From positions 45,557 to 109,556 of the forward strand of contig NIVC01001282.1 in the NCBI GenBank assembly GCA_002269645.1: a DNA stretch of 64,000 nt. The letters run 5' to 3'. The stretch is from Macrostomum lignano (lineage: Eukaryota). This document shows, piece after piece, positions 26,487 through 39,373 of this stretch; within the stretch, counting starts at the first letter, position 1; each line of letters opens with the position of its first letter. The notes under the pieces were generated by a model. That model ran no database searches. It had not been told where the DNA came from and saw only the letters and a list, made by a program, of their open reading frames with translations. A program made the position numbers and the translations under genes.

Positions 26487-27518
26487 ATAACTTGACTCAA
26501 CATTGCCTCAATGCATCGCCGAAACACAATTAAGAATGTCACAAACTCGCTGATTAATAATTAAAGACTCCGAGACAAAAAAAATGTAAACAAAAAATGT
26601 TCGCTACACGAAGCGAGCTGAAAATTCTCTCAGCAAAAAAAAACAGCAAAACGAAATGAGAAAACAAATAGGCATAGCCGACCCCCCGTTCCCTGTCCAT
26701 CACGCAGGCATCCGCCCGGCAGCAGGGGCGTTCGAAATCCTTTTAAATTAGCTCATAATCGATTGTTTCACCCACTGGCTGGGGGAGGGGAGGCCCGAAG
26801 CTTAGAGAGCTTCATCAGCGAAGTGGCGAGCCGCTACAGGACACACACAGTGAGCTGAGTGGAACACAAGGGAGAGAAAAATCTGCTCCCATTCGATCCA
26901 TTTCTCCCAATGAAATTTTGCTTAGGGAGGCCGGGTAGACGCGATGAAGATGCTCAGAGAGACTGACAGAGAGAGGAAAACACACGCGGAGCATTAGAAA
27001 TCAATAAAACTAACTGCCAATGTCAATGCAATAGACAGGCATACAGAGTAGTAGTGCATTCTACAGCACACGACTGACTAATGTGTTCATATAGTACTCA
27101 ACTTATTTACATGTACAATCCCTTCTCAAGTTCACGAGAGAGATTGATTATTAAAACAAGCAGTGAGAATAGTGCAAGCTTTCAGATCTGTTCACACAGC
27201 ACTGCTACAGGCAAATTGCATTAGGATCAACTAAGAATCAGAGAGCAACCCCGCCCGTAAGAATTCTACGACAGCCGCTCTCAGCTGCAGCGGTCCAGCT
27301 TTTAACTAACGATGCGTGGCGCGACACTCGCCCTAACTTGATTAACCCAAGCTAATAACAGGGCCCGGAGGTTTGAAAGCAACTAGCAAAGACCGCCATT
27401 GCCGTCCCAACTTTTGAAGTCGGGCTTTTCATAAGCATCAACACTTTCTGCATTTTTTTAACGACTAGGTAGCCTGGCGCCTAAAACAGGGACAATCCGA
27501 AGCGAAGGCAGATCACAG

Positions 27519-27772
27519 GGGCCGCAGCCCAGCGGTCTAACGCGTAGTCGCATTAATTTGGGGCTGAATTGGAATCTCGGCTTGGCTCTGCTCGTGCAAT
27601 TAACGGCCTTGAGGGCCAATCCCCAAGGTACAGTGAAGTGTACATGCCTAACGATAATATAAAGTTAGGACTGCTGTACACTCCTGTGTGACTGCGTACG
27701 TATCCGCGCGCTTGCGTGCCTGCTCAGGGGAGTCGGCGGAACGGGCAGCAATGCCTCTCGCCGGTTGCGACA
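27519..27772 (+). mobile_element. SINE family A copy (3'-truncated)
   Basis: Shares TTTGGGGCTGAATTGGAATCTCGGCTTGGCTCTGCTC...CTCAGGGGAGTCGGCGGAA with the other copies. Confidence 0.8.
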
Positions 27773-27896
27773 ACTAAGGCAGAGACTCATCTGCCTCCAA
27801 AAAACGGGGGCAATCTAAAGCTAAAGGCAGCAGAAGAGTCTGGCATCAAAAATTTCAAAAAACACTACAAGCCAACAGAAAAAAACTATTGCCTAC

Positions 27897-28079
27897 CTCC
27901 ATAACTGTAGCTTCCAGATCCTCGTGATACACCAGCCGTTTCTTGAGTTTGAGCAACGACAATTCGCAGATGTGCGCCATCAGGTTGCCCATGCCGTCGC
28001 CAGAATGAGCGGAAGTCGGCACCAAGCTGATGTAGTCGTCAAAATTCTTGTTCTCATTCGACAGGCACACGTTCAACTC
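27897..28079 (-). CDS. EIF5B: eIF5B exon 2
   Basis: ISLVPTSAHSGDGMGNL (G5 region)...LEATVME; phase-0 AG and GT ends. Confidence 0.95.
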
Positions 28080-28744
28080 CTGCATAGAAATGATTATTGT
28101 TTGAGCAGTCAAGGGAATAGTCAGGTGAAATCAACGGTTCCGACGGTAAATTAATTAATAATACGGGGACAGCCGAATACGCGGATACAGATGCGATCAA
28201 TCATAAGCTGCCAACCCGCATAGATTTGCTTTTTATAGCGGTTGGGGATCGTCAATATCAGACCGTGTTCACCTGGGCAGCGGGATTCACTCGCCAACCC
28301 AGGTATACGATGGCATGTTGGCTTATTGTATAGCAGGAAAGTACGGGAGGTTGCAAGATTTTTTACATATGCCAGTTCTAACTGATGCCACCGGAGTCAT
28401 TTCAGGTTCTAATAGAAAATATGCAGATTTACCAGCTTAGGCCGATCAAGCACTTTAGTAGTACGCTCGTGTTGCAGCCCTATAGAGGAGGATTGCTACG
28501 CTCGTACGATCTGAAGACATCTAATGAGCAATCCGACTTTTCTACAAAGCTGCAAATGCTACTACATAAGGACGTTGTCTAACCTATTGGTACACGGAGC
28601 CTCTTGTAGTACTTAATCTGTCTGAAGTTGTGGCATTTCTATTTGCTTCTTTTCAGACGCATGACCCGATGAAAACAGTACCCAGGCCAAGAAGCATCCC
28701 AGAGTCACTTGCTTTTCTACAGATTTGCTTCAAAGTCGTTGCAA

Positions 28745-29100
28745 GTAACACTGGTAAAACAGGAGAAAGAAGTGACTCTAAACGACTCTAAAACAATGAA
28801 AAGTTACGTACAAGTCGCCTGAGAGTCAATTTGAGGCGTTTCATTGTCTGCGACTCTGTGGTACTTTTATGATGATTCTGGGGCTATAGAGTCGTATCTG
28901 AGTCGTTCTAGAGTCTAAAGCGCATCTGCGTCACCTTGTGATTAAGAATCGCATTTCGCATTTATAATTATAATTATTCTACTTTGTCTAATTGAGTCAG
29001 TAGAAAATTTAGCGATGACGCAACGACTCTAAAGTCACAAGAGACGCCCCAGAGTCGCTAGAGCCACTAGTGAGTTGTTCGCAATGACTCTAGTGATTCC
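28745..29100 (-). repeat. Dispersed GACTC/GAGTC-rich element in eIF5B intron 1, homologous to the element in the RPS27 intron
   Basis: Shared blocks GCGCAGATGCGCTTTAGAC, CGCAGACAAT and TTGTTTTAGAGTCGT[T/C]TAGAGTCACTTCTTTC. Confidence 0.75.
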
Positions 29101-29155
29101 TGTCACGGTACCGTTTTCAACGGGTGAACCCGAGTTACATTAAAGTCACACTAAC

Positions 29156-31090
29156 CTGCATAGCGAACTGCGCCACCACCTGGTTTAGCCTGTCCTGGAA
29201 ATCATTATTAGTGGCTTGAGACTGTTTCTTCAGCGTGGCAAACACATCCGCATTTGCATTCTTTTGCCAGTCGTACAGTCGATCGATTTTATTCAGTGCC
29301 ACAATAAACGGAGTGCCGCGGTTTTTCAACAGCTGAATGCTTTCAATAGTCTGCGGCTCGATGCCGTGCATTATGTCAACGACAAGGATGGCAACGTCGC
29401 ACAGGCTGGAGCCGCGAGAGCGCAAATTGCTAAACGACTCGTGGCCGGGCGTATCGATAATTAACAGGCCAGGCAGGCGCATTTCGTTTTGATTAAACGA
29501 CTTCACCATCCGTGTGGAGGTCAGTATGGAGGCAGCCGGCACATTGGTGGCACCAATCTGCTGCGTGATGCCGCCAGCTTCGCCGTCCTGCACGTGGGTC
29601 CTGCGCAGTTTGTCTAAGATTGATGTCTTGCCAGTGTCTACGTGGCCAAGCACGCAGACTAGAGGGCATCGAAGTACAACGTCCGGCGAGTCGACCGAGG
29701 CTTCTGCGTTGGCGATTGCGGTTTCACGACGCTTGGCGATGCGCTGGCGAGCTCGATCAATAGGATCGACATCCTCGTCTTTGGCGGTCTCTTCTTCTTC
29801 GGACTCGTCTTCGTCGTTATCATCATCTGAATATTCATCGCCGTCAGATGACGATCCTTCATCATCGTCCTGGTCTTCAGCAGCCGCCTTCGCTCCTGCC
29901 TGTTTCTCTTTCGGCGTGGTAATAGGCGCCCATTCATCGTTGGTCTCCATTTTATCCCAGGTAGTGTCCATCGCAGCGTCCTCCCACGATTCGGGCACTG
30001 CATCATCGGCCGCCTTCACAGTCTCGATTGGCGCCGGCATTTGTTCCGATGATTGTTGATTTGCCTGCGATGCAGCAGGCTTGCGCCGCTTCAACTTCTC
30101 GTATTTCGGCTTCTTCTTCTGTTGCTGCTCAGCTGGTTTCTGTTCTTGCTGCTCAGCGCCATCTTCAGCAGCTGCCGGTAGCTCTACACTGCTCAGTTGG
30201 ATCATCTGCTGCAGCCGCTGCCTATCCTGCTTCTGCTTCTGGGTTAACAGCTTGCCCTCCTCTTTTAGTCGCTTCTTGCGCTCCTTTTCTTTCTGCTTGC
30301 GCCGCTCCTTGCGCTCGCGCTCCAACCGCTCTTCTTCCTCGCGACGAAGACGCTCCTCTGCGCGCTTTCGTTCGGCCTCCTCCTCCTGGCGGCGCAGCTT
30401 CTCCTCTTCCTCGCGCTGCTTCTCCAGCTGCTGCTTAATCAGCTTCGCCACAGCGCTGGTCGGCTTTTTCGCCTCGCCTCCTCCAGCAGCTGCTCCGCCA
30501 GACGCGGCCGCTGCCGCTTTCTTTTCCTTTTCCTTCTCTTTTTTCTTTAGCTTTTTCTTCTTGGCAGCAGACATTTCTTTCTCTTCGCTTTTTCCACCTT
30601 CGCCTGCACCTTCGCCATCAGCCTCGTCTTCCGCCTTTTCTTCCTTGGCTTCCACCTTGCCAGCCTCATCAGGCTTTTTAAATTCTTCTTGCTGTTTCTG
30701 CTCCTGCTTCGGCTCGACAGACTTTGCCTCAGTTTCATTGTCTGGCTTTTTTGCGGCATTTTCTGCTGCTTTTTTAGCTTTCTCACGTTCCTTCTTCTCT
30801 TTGCGCTTTTCTGCCTCGGTCTTCTTTGCTGGCGCCGCTGCGGCAGGGGCCAAAGGCGCATCGGCCTTGGCCGCAACGCCGTTCTTGTCGCCGCTATCCG
30901 CAGTCGTTGGCTTCTTCTCGGCTTCCTCCTTCTTGCCGGCCTGGTCATCATGATTCGCATCTTGCCCAGCACCACCAGCCTTGTCCGTCGCTGGCTTCTT
31001 GGGAGCTTTACCAGCCTTTTTGCCTTTCTTCTTGTCTTCTTCAACGTACATTGCTTCCAGTTCTTTCATCATTTCCTCTTCGTCAGCCAT
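29156..31090 (-). CDS. EIF5B: eIF5B exon 1 (charged N-terminus plus GTPase G1-G4)
   Basis: [64 protein letters not shown] at 31090 (MADEEE); donor CAG|GTTAG. Spliced total about 1064 aa. Confidence 0.97.
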
Positions 31091-32616
31091 GGTTTGCTGC
31101 TTGTGTGGTTGAGTCTTCAATGCTTAGAAATTAGTAAGATCGTGCAGCCTATTATTTAATGCGCCTATTAGTCTTTCGAGCTTGCTATTTTGGCAGCGTG
31201 CCAAAATGAACTGAAAATAGGAAATAAGCTCTCATAAGTATATAATATTAATAAAATCTAGGCTTTCAAATTTTATAAATTGGGGGAAGAGCGCCCTGAC
31301 AATTTTTTTGCTGCGCCGGAATGGAGCAACGCAGGGACACGAAATTCAAAAACACGGGCAAACTTTTTGTTGAGCACCTGCTGAAACAATAATTAAGTCG
31401 CCAGCCCGCTAGGATGTTGAGTTTTGCCCATTATTGAAGCTTGATAAGAAAAATCTGACATAGTTGCAACAGAATCTTCATAGTCACCTGGTGTAATCTG
31501 TTGAAGGTGCCGACGGCGTCGGGATGATGACGGAATGCTTGAGAGACTAGCTGAGAATGTCTGGCGGTTGATTCTTACCCACTGTCGAGGCTTGATCGGC
31601 GAAACTAGAGAAATCCGCATCAGGGTGTCCATAGTCACCTGGTGCCACCTGTTGAAGGTCCAGAAGCTCCATCTGGGTGAAAGCTAGTGACCAACGAAGT
31701 CAGAACTGATGCAGACACATGTGGTCGACGTGCTGATGAAATTTGGAGGCTTGGCAAGGCTGCACCGAGGCGCAGGGCTGATTGGCGCACAGGGGTGTAC
31801 TGAATACACTAGCGCTTATGGAAAAAATCCGACCTTCTGGCAGAATCGTCGAATATCTCGACGGTCCGGAGGGCTGGCGACTTGATTCTTGTTTGACAAG
31901 GTGCGCAACAAAGAGTTGGCCTGTGTTTCTTGAATTTCGTGTGCTTGCGCAGCAAAATAATTGCAGGCATGGTAGTTCTTGGTAGTTCTCCCGTCGAACT
32001 ACCTTGGTAGTTCGACGGGAGTACAAATAGCTTGGTATTACTGCTGTTAAGTTAACCTAAATGAAAAAGGAAAACACAACAGCAAAATGATGCTTCGCTG
32101 ACTAATTGCATTTTATTAAGAAGCTGTACGGGAGACATAAGCACCCGATACAAACAGAAATCAGCAGTCAAAATTGGAGCTATCATCAAGCAAGGCAATT
32201 TGTTACTTTGATGCTCAGGCCTCGGATTAGCTAAGACAGGTAAACTAATAATAATTATGTAAGCTAATTTCACTGCTACAAAAAGAAATGAATCATTAAC
32301 TTGAATTTATCTTCGCTCGCACTACTCAATGTGAGTAGTCTAGCAAGTAAAAAACGCAATTCAATTCCAATAAAAGTATAAAGAAGCCAGTCGAAACAAA
32401 ATCTAGTCATATGTTTTGTAAAACAACAAAGTCAGTTTAAAATCAAGGCCAAAATTAGAAATGAAACGAATATTTGGTATTCGACAAATCGGTTATTTTT
32501 GGTGGCATTAGTTTGGCTCTTCGTTTCGTTTTTTGATTCGTTTTTAAAGAATTTCCGAATACCGAATAAACAAAAATAACCATTTATGTAACATTACATT
32601 CCGTATTTGGAAAATC

Positions 32617-32770
32617 ATAGATCCGAATATTCGGTATTCGGAAAATTATGGATCTGAATATTCGGTATTCTGAAAATTATGGATCCGAATATTCGGCATT
32701 CTGAAAATGATGGATCCGAATATTCGGAATTCTGAAAATGATGGATCCGAATATTCGGTATTCGGAAAAT
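32617..32770. repeat. 30-bp tandem repeat containing the palindrome CCGAATATTCGG, about 5 copies
   Basis: Direct reading; lies just 3' of the HACD stop. Confidence 0.85.
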
Positions 32771-32816
32771 TAAACAAGCGAATTCCCCATCCCAACAAAT
32801 CGTCAACTGTCGCCAG

Positions 32817-33257
32817 TTAATCAGCGTGCGGCCTGGCATCATCCAGTCGCAGCATTTTCTTTCTCTGAGCAAACATGTAGCAGTAGAGCTGGGGAAAGAA
32901 CACCAGGTAGGACAGCATGATGCCAATCAGGCAGTAGCCGTAATCGAATGCGAAATTGAAACTATTCGGCATGCTGATTGAATAGATGCCACGCTTGCCA
33001 ATTATCGGCAGAGCAGCGTAGATGCATAGTAACTCCCCGGTTACGCCCATTGGGTACAGCACAATGAACAGGCTGTAGCGAGCCCACAGTAGAGGGAATG
33101 GCCGGAAGCCGATCAGGTTCAAGGCGTAGTAGCCATAGCGCATGACCTCGGTGACGCTCCAGGCAATGATGAGCAGCATGCAGCCGATGGACTCGGTCAC
33201 TGACGGATCCGGCACCGTGTACAGAATGCCCCACACTAGCAGCACCCGGGAGAACAC
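32817..33257 (-). CDS. HACD: Very-long-chain 3-hydroxyacyl-CoA dehydratase (HACD/PTPLA/PHS1 family), exon 2
   Basis: VFSRV...AWSVTEVMRYGYY...WARYSLFIVLYPMGVTGELL...FPQLY.YM..QRKK family motifs. Confidence 0.93.
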   Translation of the reverse strand: MFSRVLLVWGILYTVPDPSVTESIGCMLLIIAWSVTEVMRYGYYALNLIGFRPFPLLWARYSLFIVLYPMGVTGELLCIYAALPIIGKRGIYSISMPNSFNFAFDYGYCLIGIMLSYLVFFPQLYCYMFAQRKKMLRLDDARPHAD

Positions 33258-33339
33258 CTGCGGACACAGGTGCGATTTAGTGTTTAATTGTCATGCTTGA
33301 ATAAAAGTACAACAGGCAACCTAACCGATTGTTATGGAC

Positions 33340-34577
33340 GGGTACCTCTCATTTCGCCGATTCTCGTTTCGCCGACATTCTCATTTCGCCGATTCTCGTT
33401 TCGCCGACATTCTCATTTCGCCGATTCTCGTTTCGCCGACATTCTCATTTCGCCGATTCTCGTTTCGCCGACATTCTCATTTCGCCGATTCTCGGTTCGC
33501 CGAAATTAGTTTCATAACCATCTGGACATTAGACCATAGACAACTACACTAATGCAAGTGTGATTTAGATGTCTATGGCTTGAAAAAAAAAGATTGTATT
33601 GGTAATATAGCTTTTTGCAGCCCATTTGGGCTTACAGGCATTTAATTTAATCCAAGATACGTTTGCCAATGTAACGGAGCTTTTGTCTATGGTAGCAAGG
33701 CTGCCACAGCGGCATTTAATTTGGCCCAACAAGCATCAATTTGGTCCAAACGCTCGTGAGCCATTCGGCAAACTCCTGCCTTCTCGCAACCGTCTGCGGG
33801 TTGTTGCGTACCGCTGGAATGTCAGCGTCTCTACCGACAATTTTCTGCCGCTTTTCCAGAGCTCTGCTGATAGCCGAACTCTGATAACCAACTGGAACTG
33901 TTCCTTCAACTTCTTTCCTTCAACTTCTGCTGCATTTTCTTCAGCATCAACAAATGGTTCGTCTCAATTGTATCGAGTAGCAGTTGGACCTGAAGCTCTC
34001 GAGCAACTTGCCCTGGCGATTGCCACCCATTCGCAGGCGATTTCTGCCGGCAGATTTTCAACGCGCTGGTGGATGCTAAAAACCATCTTTCCTTTTACAT
34101 TCAGCAGCCTTTGGGTGTTCTCCTCTGTCGAGCGCTTCGATCACAAGCCTAATGGCATTCGTTTGACAGCCTAGCATATGGTTCACAATTCTGTGGCTGA
34201 TCTTGCTCCTCCGCAGCAGTTGCTAATGAAGCTATGGACCAAATTGAATGCTTGTTGGATCAAATTAAATGCCGCTGTGCCAGCCTTGCTACCATAGACA
34301 AAAGCTCCGTTACATTGGCAAACGTATCTTGGATTAAATTAAATGCCCGTAAGCCCAAATGGGCTGCAAAAAGCTATATTACCAATACAATCTTTTTTTT
34401 CAAGCCATAGACATCTAAATCACACTTGCATTAGTGTAGTTGTCTATGGTCTAATGTCCAGATGGTTATGAAACTAATTTCGGTGAACCGAGAATCGGCG
34501 AAATGAGAATGTCGGCGAAACGAGAATCGGCGAAATGAGATTCGGCGAAACGAGAATCGGCGAAATGAGAGGTACCC
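33340..34577. mobile_element. Non-autonomous foldback/Mutator-like DNA element with long TIRs and a 9-bp TSD
   Basis: TSD GTTATGGAC at 33331-33339 and 34578-34586. Ends GGGTACCTCTC / GAGAGGTACCC. Inverted arms about 33340-33748 and 34237-34577 contain 32-bp tandem subrepeats. Confidence 0.9.
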
Positions 34578-34580
34578 GTT

Positions 34581-35242
34581 ATGGACACAGCCCAGGCTAC
34601 ATGCAATTGGACACAGCCCAGGCTACATACAATTGGACACAGCCCAAGCTATATACAATTGGACACAGCCCAAGCTATATACAATTGGACACAGCCCAGG
34701 CTACATGCAATTGGACACAGCCCAAGCTATATACAATTGGACACAGCCCAAGCTATATACAATTGGACACAGCTCAGGCTATATGCAATTGGACACAACC
34801 CAAGCTATATACAATTGGACACAGCCCAAGCTATATGCAATTGGACACAGCCCAAGCTATATACAATTGGACACAGCCCAAGCTATATGCAATTGGACAC
34901 AGCCCAAGCTACATACAATTGGACACAGCCCAAGCTATATGCAATTGGACACAGCCCAAGCTATATGCAATTGGACACAGCCCAAGCTATATACAATTGG
35001 ACACAGCCCAAGCTATATGCAATTGGACACAGCCCAAGCTACATACAATTGGACACAGCCCAAGCTATATGCAATTGGACACAGCTCAGGCTATATGCAA
35101 TTGGACACAGCCCAAGCTACATACAATTGGACACAGCCCAAGCTATATACAATTGGACACAGCCCAAGCTATATACAATTGGACACAGCCCAAGCTATAT
35201 GCAATTGGACACAGCCCAAGCTATATACAATTGGACACAGCC
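34581..35242. repeat. 26-bp minisatellite (TTGGACACAGCCCAAGCTATATACAA), about 25 copies
   Basis: Tandem units read directly. Confidence 0.95.
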
Positions 35243-35538
35243 TGACCCTGTTACAGATAGAACACCCCCTCCCTTCTCTTCTCTCCTCTCCTTTATTCCC
35301 TCATATATTTTCCATAAATGCCCAACTTCGAAATTTAATCCGGCCGTGCGACTTACTTTTTGATTAGGAATGCGACTTACCTATGAGAAACCTAATGCAA
35401 AATTTAACGTAATTTTGGGTAAACGGCAGGAGTAACTATAACTGTATTTTTAAGGCTAAATGCCTCATCACATAATTAGTAATACGTCTTTTTGGTCGAC
35501 ATTTTTGCGAATCGCCTTGGCCTACCTCTCGCCTCATA

Positions 35539-35678
35539 AGACTGCGGGCCAGAGGCATGTATGCTCTGTTCTCTCTTCTCTATTCCCTCTACTCTCTCCC
35601 CCTCCTCTGGCCCGCAGTCTGCGCTAGGTTCTGTCTATCTGGTCATTGAGGAAAAGTTTGCCGACCCCTGCTCTAGAC
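35539..35678. mobile_element. Possible right end of a hAT/Charlie-like element, with an internal 17-bp inverted repeat
   Basis: AAAGTTTGCCGACCCCTG followed by CTCTAGAC; arms AGACTGCGGGCCAGAGG (35539-35555) and its complement (35604-35620). Left end not found. Confidence 0.4.
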
Positions 35679-35837
35679 GATAACTGTTCTTTGCTTAGAA
35701 AGAACCCCACAAAGCCTTTAATAACCTATTTACGGACAGATTCCGCAGTTGAGTCTACTATCAGTAGTGTAAAAGCATGCCCTGCTACACAATTTTAGCG
35801 GAGTGTTCACATACAGTTCAAACCGTGAATCGGTTAC

Positions 35838-36056
35838 CTGAATAGCCGTGGTGAACACGGGCGATCGAACCAGGCGCACAGCGGAGTGCACAATCTCTAG
35901 CACTGCGGCAGTTTGAAACAGTTGCAACAGTGTAGTGACAGAAGGATATGGAGGAGCATTGTTGATGGCTGACAGCTCAGCTAACAGTAGGATGGCGAGC
36001 CAGCCAATGCACTGCACACCATTATACAGAAGCAAATATGCAGCACCTGCTTGCAT
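35838..36056 (-). CDS. HACD: HACD exon 1
   Basis: YLLLYNGVQCIGW...FQTAAVLEIVHSAVRLVRSPVFTTAIQ|GTAAC; phase 0 joins exon 2 (219 aa total). Confidence 0.92.
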
Positions 36057-36497
36057 GCTTGCGGCACTTAGTACATGCAATTCACAGATAAGTAAGGTGT
36101 TTATCATATTAGATAACTAATCCTAACATGCTAAACAACATTGATGGGCATAAGTATATCTTAACAGACATTAAATAGACACTCTTGTTATAGACTTTGT
36201 CAGAACTCCATACAATATTTCTAGCTTGCCATTAACTGCATTGTAGTACTAGAATTGTTGCAATAAGTATGCACAAGGAGTAAAACATTGAATATATTAT
36301 AGCAGCAGTTGACTTCTTTAAAAGTAGAACTCTGATAGAGTTGTTTGCTTAATCAATAGTTTGTAGTAAAATGGCTCTTTTTCATTTTCCCTTTATACAA
36401 TTAAAACAAAAATAATCCCTTTTGGAATAAATGTTAAAAACCTGCGGATGCGCGCTTTAGAAAAGAGTCAAACTATTTTACCGCACTTTAGGATTAT

Positions 36498-36808
36498 TAG
36501 AGATGTTCCGAAAGATCTGCAGTATCGTCAAAATCAAAATTTGCTAACTTTCCAAAATCAAAATTGAAATTTCTTGAAATCTGGTCAGAATTCAGAAAAA
36601 CAAAGTTTAGTATAATCAACACTCACTTTTTTACTTTCAATTTACTGCTTAAGCAAAAAGTAATACATGTATATGTAGTAGAAAGTAGTTTATTTTTAGC
36701 GACTTTTTAGACACTACCAAAATTTTCAAAATTTTTTTTGAAATTGAAATTTGCTCTAAAAAATTTCAAATTTTGGAAAATTGAAATTGAATTTTTGGAA
36801 CATCTCTA
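36498..36808. mobile_element. MITE-like element with TAGAGATGTTCC terminal inverted repeats
   Basis: TAGAGATGTTCCGAAA ... TTTTGGAACATCTCTA; TSD only partly recognisable. Confidence 0.45.
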
Positions 36809-38151
36809 AGCTTAATAAATTACGAGTGTATAAGTCCCTTCAACAGGGGTATTATACCCATTTCCATGTATATGTATTTGCTAGAGCAGCAGGCAGCAGC
36901 CAGTAAGAAAGGGCAGCATGCACGTAGGCGCTGCGCCTGTGCACGCGCTACGCTTTAGAAAAATTTCAAAAGTGCGCCGGACACTGTCCGCAGTTTTACA
37001 ACTTTTTCCTATAGGGAAAATAATTATCCCATTTTTTGCATTAAAACAAAAAAGAGTAAAGACATTTAGCACAAAAAAAACAAAACTAGTATCTAAACTA
37101 ATATTTTGCAAGGATTTAGTTTTTAAGAAAATGTACAATATTTGAGCACTATTATAGTGTGGCAAGTGGATGACACTATAATTGATAGACATTAAAGTTG
37201 AATGGAACATTTTGTACATGAACTCTGCATGACCAATACTAGAACTATTACTTTATCCCTGGGCTGTTTTGCGTCATTTTTTTCCATCCTGGGTATGTTT
37301 TCTGGTTCCTTGCTCCTGGTCCTCCCACATCCCCTTGCTGTTTTTTTGTTTTCTTCCCATTCACTTCTTTGCTTTTCTATTAGTCTATCCCCTATGGCCT
37401 TTCCCTGCCTGGGTTTTATCCAGGTATTGCCCCCATGCATTGGCGTATTTGTCTATCTAATATTTATACTCTGCAAATATTTTGTGTTTGGCATACCTTG
37501 TCTACCTACTTTATTTTATTACATTTGGCATTATTAATTTGTCAACTAGTGCTTAACTCTCTTTAAGCCTTAGCCCCGCATCTCAGCACCTATGAAATCT
37601 TACTTGTCAAATAATTAATCTCAAGTTTATTAACCTGCTATTTATTTCCATTAAATTACAATAATAATATCAGCACAAGCCATATTTATTTCTTTATTAA
37701 TTAGTTAATCTGAGCCATAGCCTATCTTGAGTTATTTGCCTATTGGGCATAAAACAACCAAACAGTTCTCATTCCAAAGAAAGCTCTAAGACTTCAAATG
37801 TTTTGTAATATGTAAATTATGGTGGTGGCAGCTCTACCCTATTGATAGTAATCAGCTAAGCAAAAAATGTACATAATTATAGTATGAAAACTTTGGTGTT
37901 TAATATTTGAATGACTGTGCACAAAATGACCACTTGACTACAATTACAACTACCCTCCCCAGACTTAAGACCTTAGCAATCAGAGTAAAACAGAAGAAAT
38001 TTGTTGTGATTTGTCTTATGCCATTTTTTGGAATTATTAATGCAAATGCAATGCTAGCAAAAATTTTAAAGTTAAAACTGTCTTATCTCATTGGTGTCAA
38101 CAAACCAATGAACTTACAAATCTATTTTTCTGCTACTAGCTCAATAGGACT

Positions 38152-38415
38152 CAGTAGCGTAGCCAGGAATTTCAATCGGGAAGGGGGCCCAAGTTGGTCT
38201 GGCTAGCCATGCCTTATACCATTGCCACTTTTGATGTCATAGGTACTCATTTTGGTGCCGTAGGCATTTATTTGGTGCCACAAACACTCATTTTGACGCT
38301 GCAGAGACTCAATTGCCTCCTGGTTTTTAGTATCCACTGCGCCTAATCCTACCCCCCAGGCGATTAGGGGGGAGAGGCCACAGCCCCCTTGCCTCCTATC
38401 TTGGTTATGCCATTG
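38152..38415. mobile_element. hAT-like MITE with decayed TIRs and an 8-bp TSD
   Basis: Left TIR CAGTAGCGTAGCCAGGA; right TIR reverse complement CAATGGCATAACCAAGA; flanks ATAGGACT / ATAGGATT. Confidence 0.6.
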
Positions 38416-39129
38416 ATAGGATTTTGCTTTTAAAAACTGTCAATTATCAACTGCCACTAGCCAGGTTGGCAAGCTCTATTAGACTAGCTAGCTTTGCCAT
38501 ATGTTGCCCATATGTGATTTAATTAAAAACTTTATCTAACCAAATCTCTTTTAGAATAAATTTTCAATTATATTGATTGGCCACAATTGGGCAAGATATT
38601 TTAGCTAGGCCTATACTATTTTGTTTTTTTATATATTTAAAAATACTTGTTTAGCTTCTGCATTTAGTAGCACTTGCCAATGGCATAGGCCCTACTTAGC
38701 TAGGCCCCTTAGTATACCAAGGACTTAGGGTGGCTATGATAAGTTCCGGCATACTTGCAAACTATCCACAACCTGGGGCCCCTATGCTAGGACTAATCTG
38801 AGTCTGTCAGGCTTTAGAGCTATTTTTTAAGGCAATAAAACTATCATAGGCCTAGGCTATTAATATTATTGTAGCTTATTTAGGGTATAAAGTCTTCTAA
38901 AAGCCATTATATTCTATTTTTGCCATATTATCATAGGCCTAGTCTAAAAGAAAAATGGAAAATTCTAGTTTTTTTAATTCAATGCTAATATAAATTTAAA
39001 TAAAAAATTAAAATAAAAGTGAAAATAAAATTAAATATTTTAAATAAGAGTCTGACTAATATTTTTAATGTTTATTTTTTTAGAAGTTTTTATTCTTTCT
39101 TTAACTTTTATTTTCTTTAAAAGTTATAT

Positions 39130-39373
39130 CAGTGGCACAATGCAAACAAGGGGTGGGGTGGTTGCCCCCCCCTTAGGTGGAGACCCAAAAAAATCAAACT
39201 GTGTTTATCACTTTAAAGTAGTCCTTTACTCCTTTTTGAATAATTAATAAATATATTATTACCCAATTTTTAAAGCAAGTTTTTGCCAAAAACAGAGCTA
39301 CCTCTCCACCCCCTTCCCAGGACTTTACCCTCCAGAATCCACCCCAGTCTAAAAATTTCTGGTTGCCCTACTG
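39130..39373. mobile_element. Related decayed MITE
   Basis: CAGTGGCACAATGC ... CTGGTTGCCCTACTG ends, similar to the 38.2-kb element. Confidence 0.4.

Noticed and set aside
25164-26542. 440-aa Cys/His-rich ORFs (MHCLNC repeats) suggesting a metal- or haem-binding protein
   Set aside because: 21-bp intronic minisatellite, open in several frames on both strands; no CxxCH motif and no splice or Kozak context.
29216-31159. Long plus-strand ORFs overlapping eIF5B exon 1
   Set aside because: Antisense shadows of a low-complexity K/E/A-rich coding exon.
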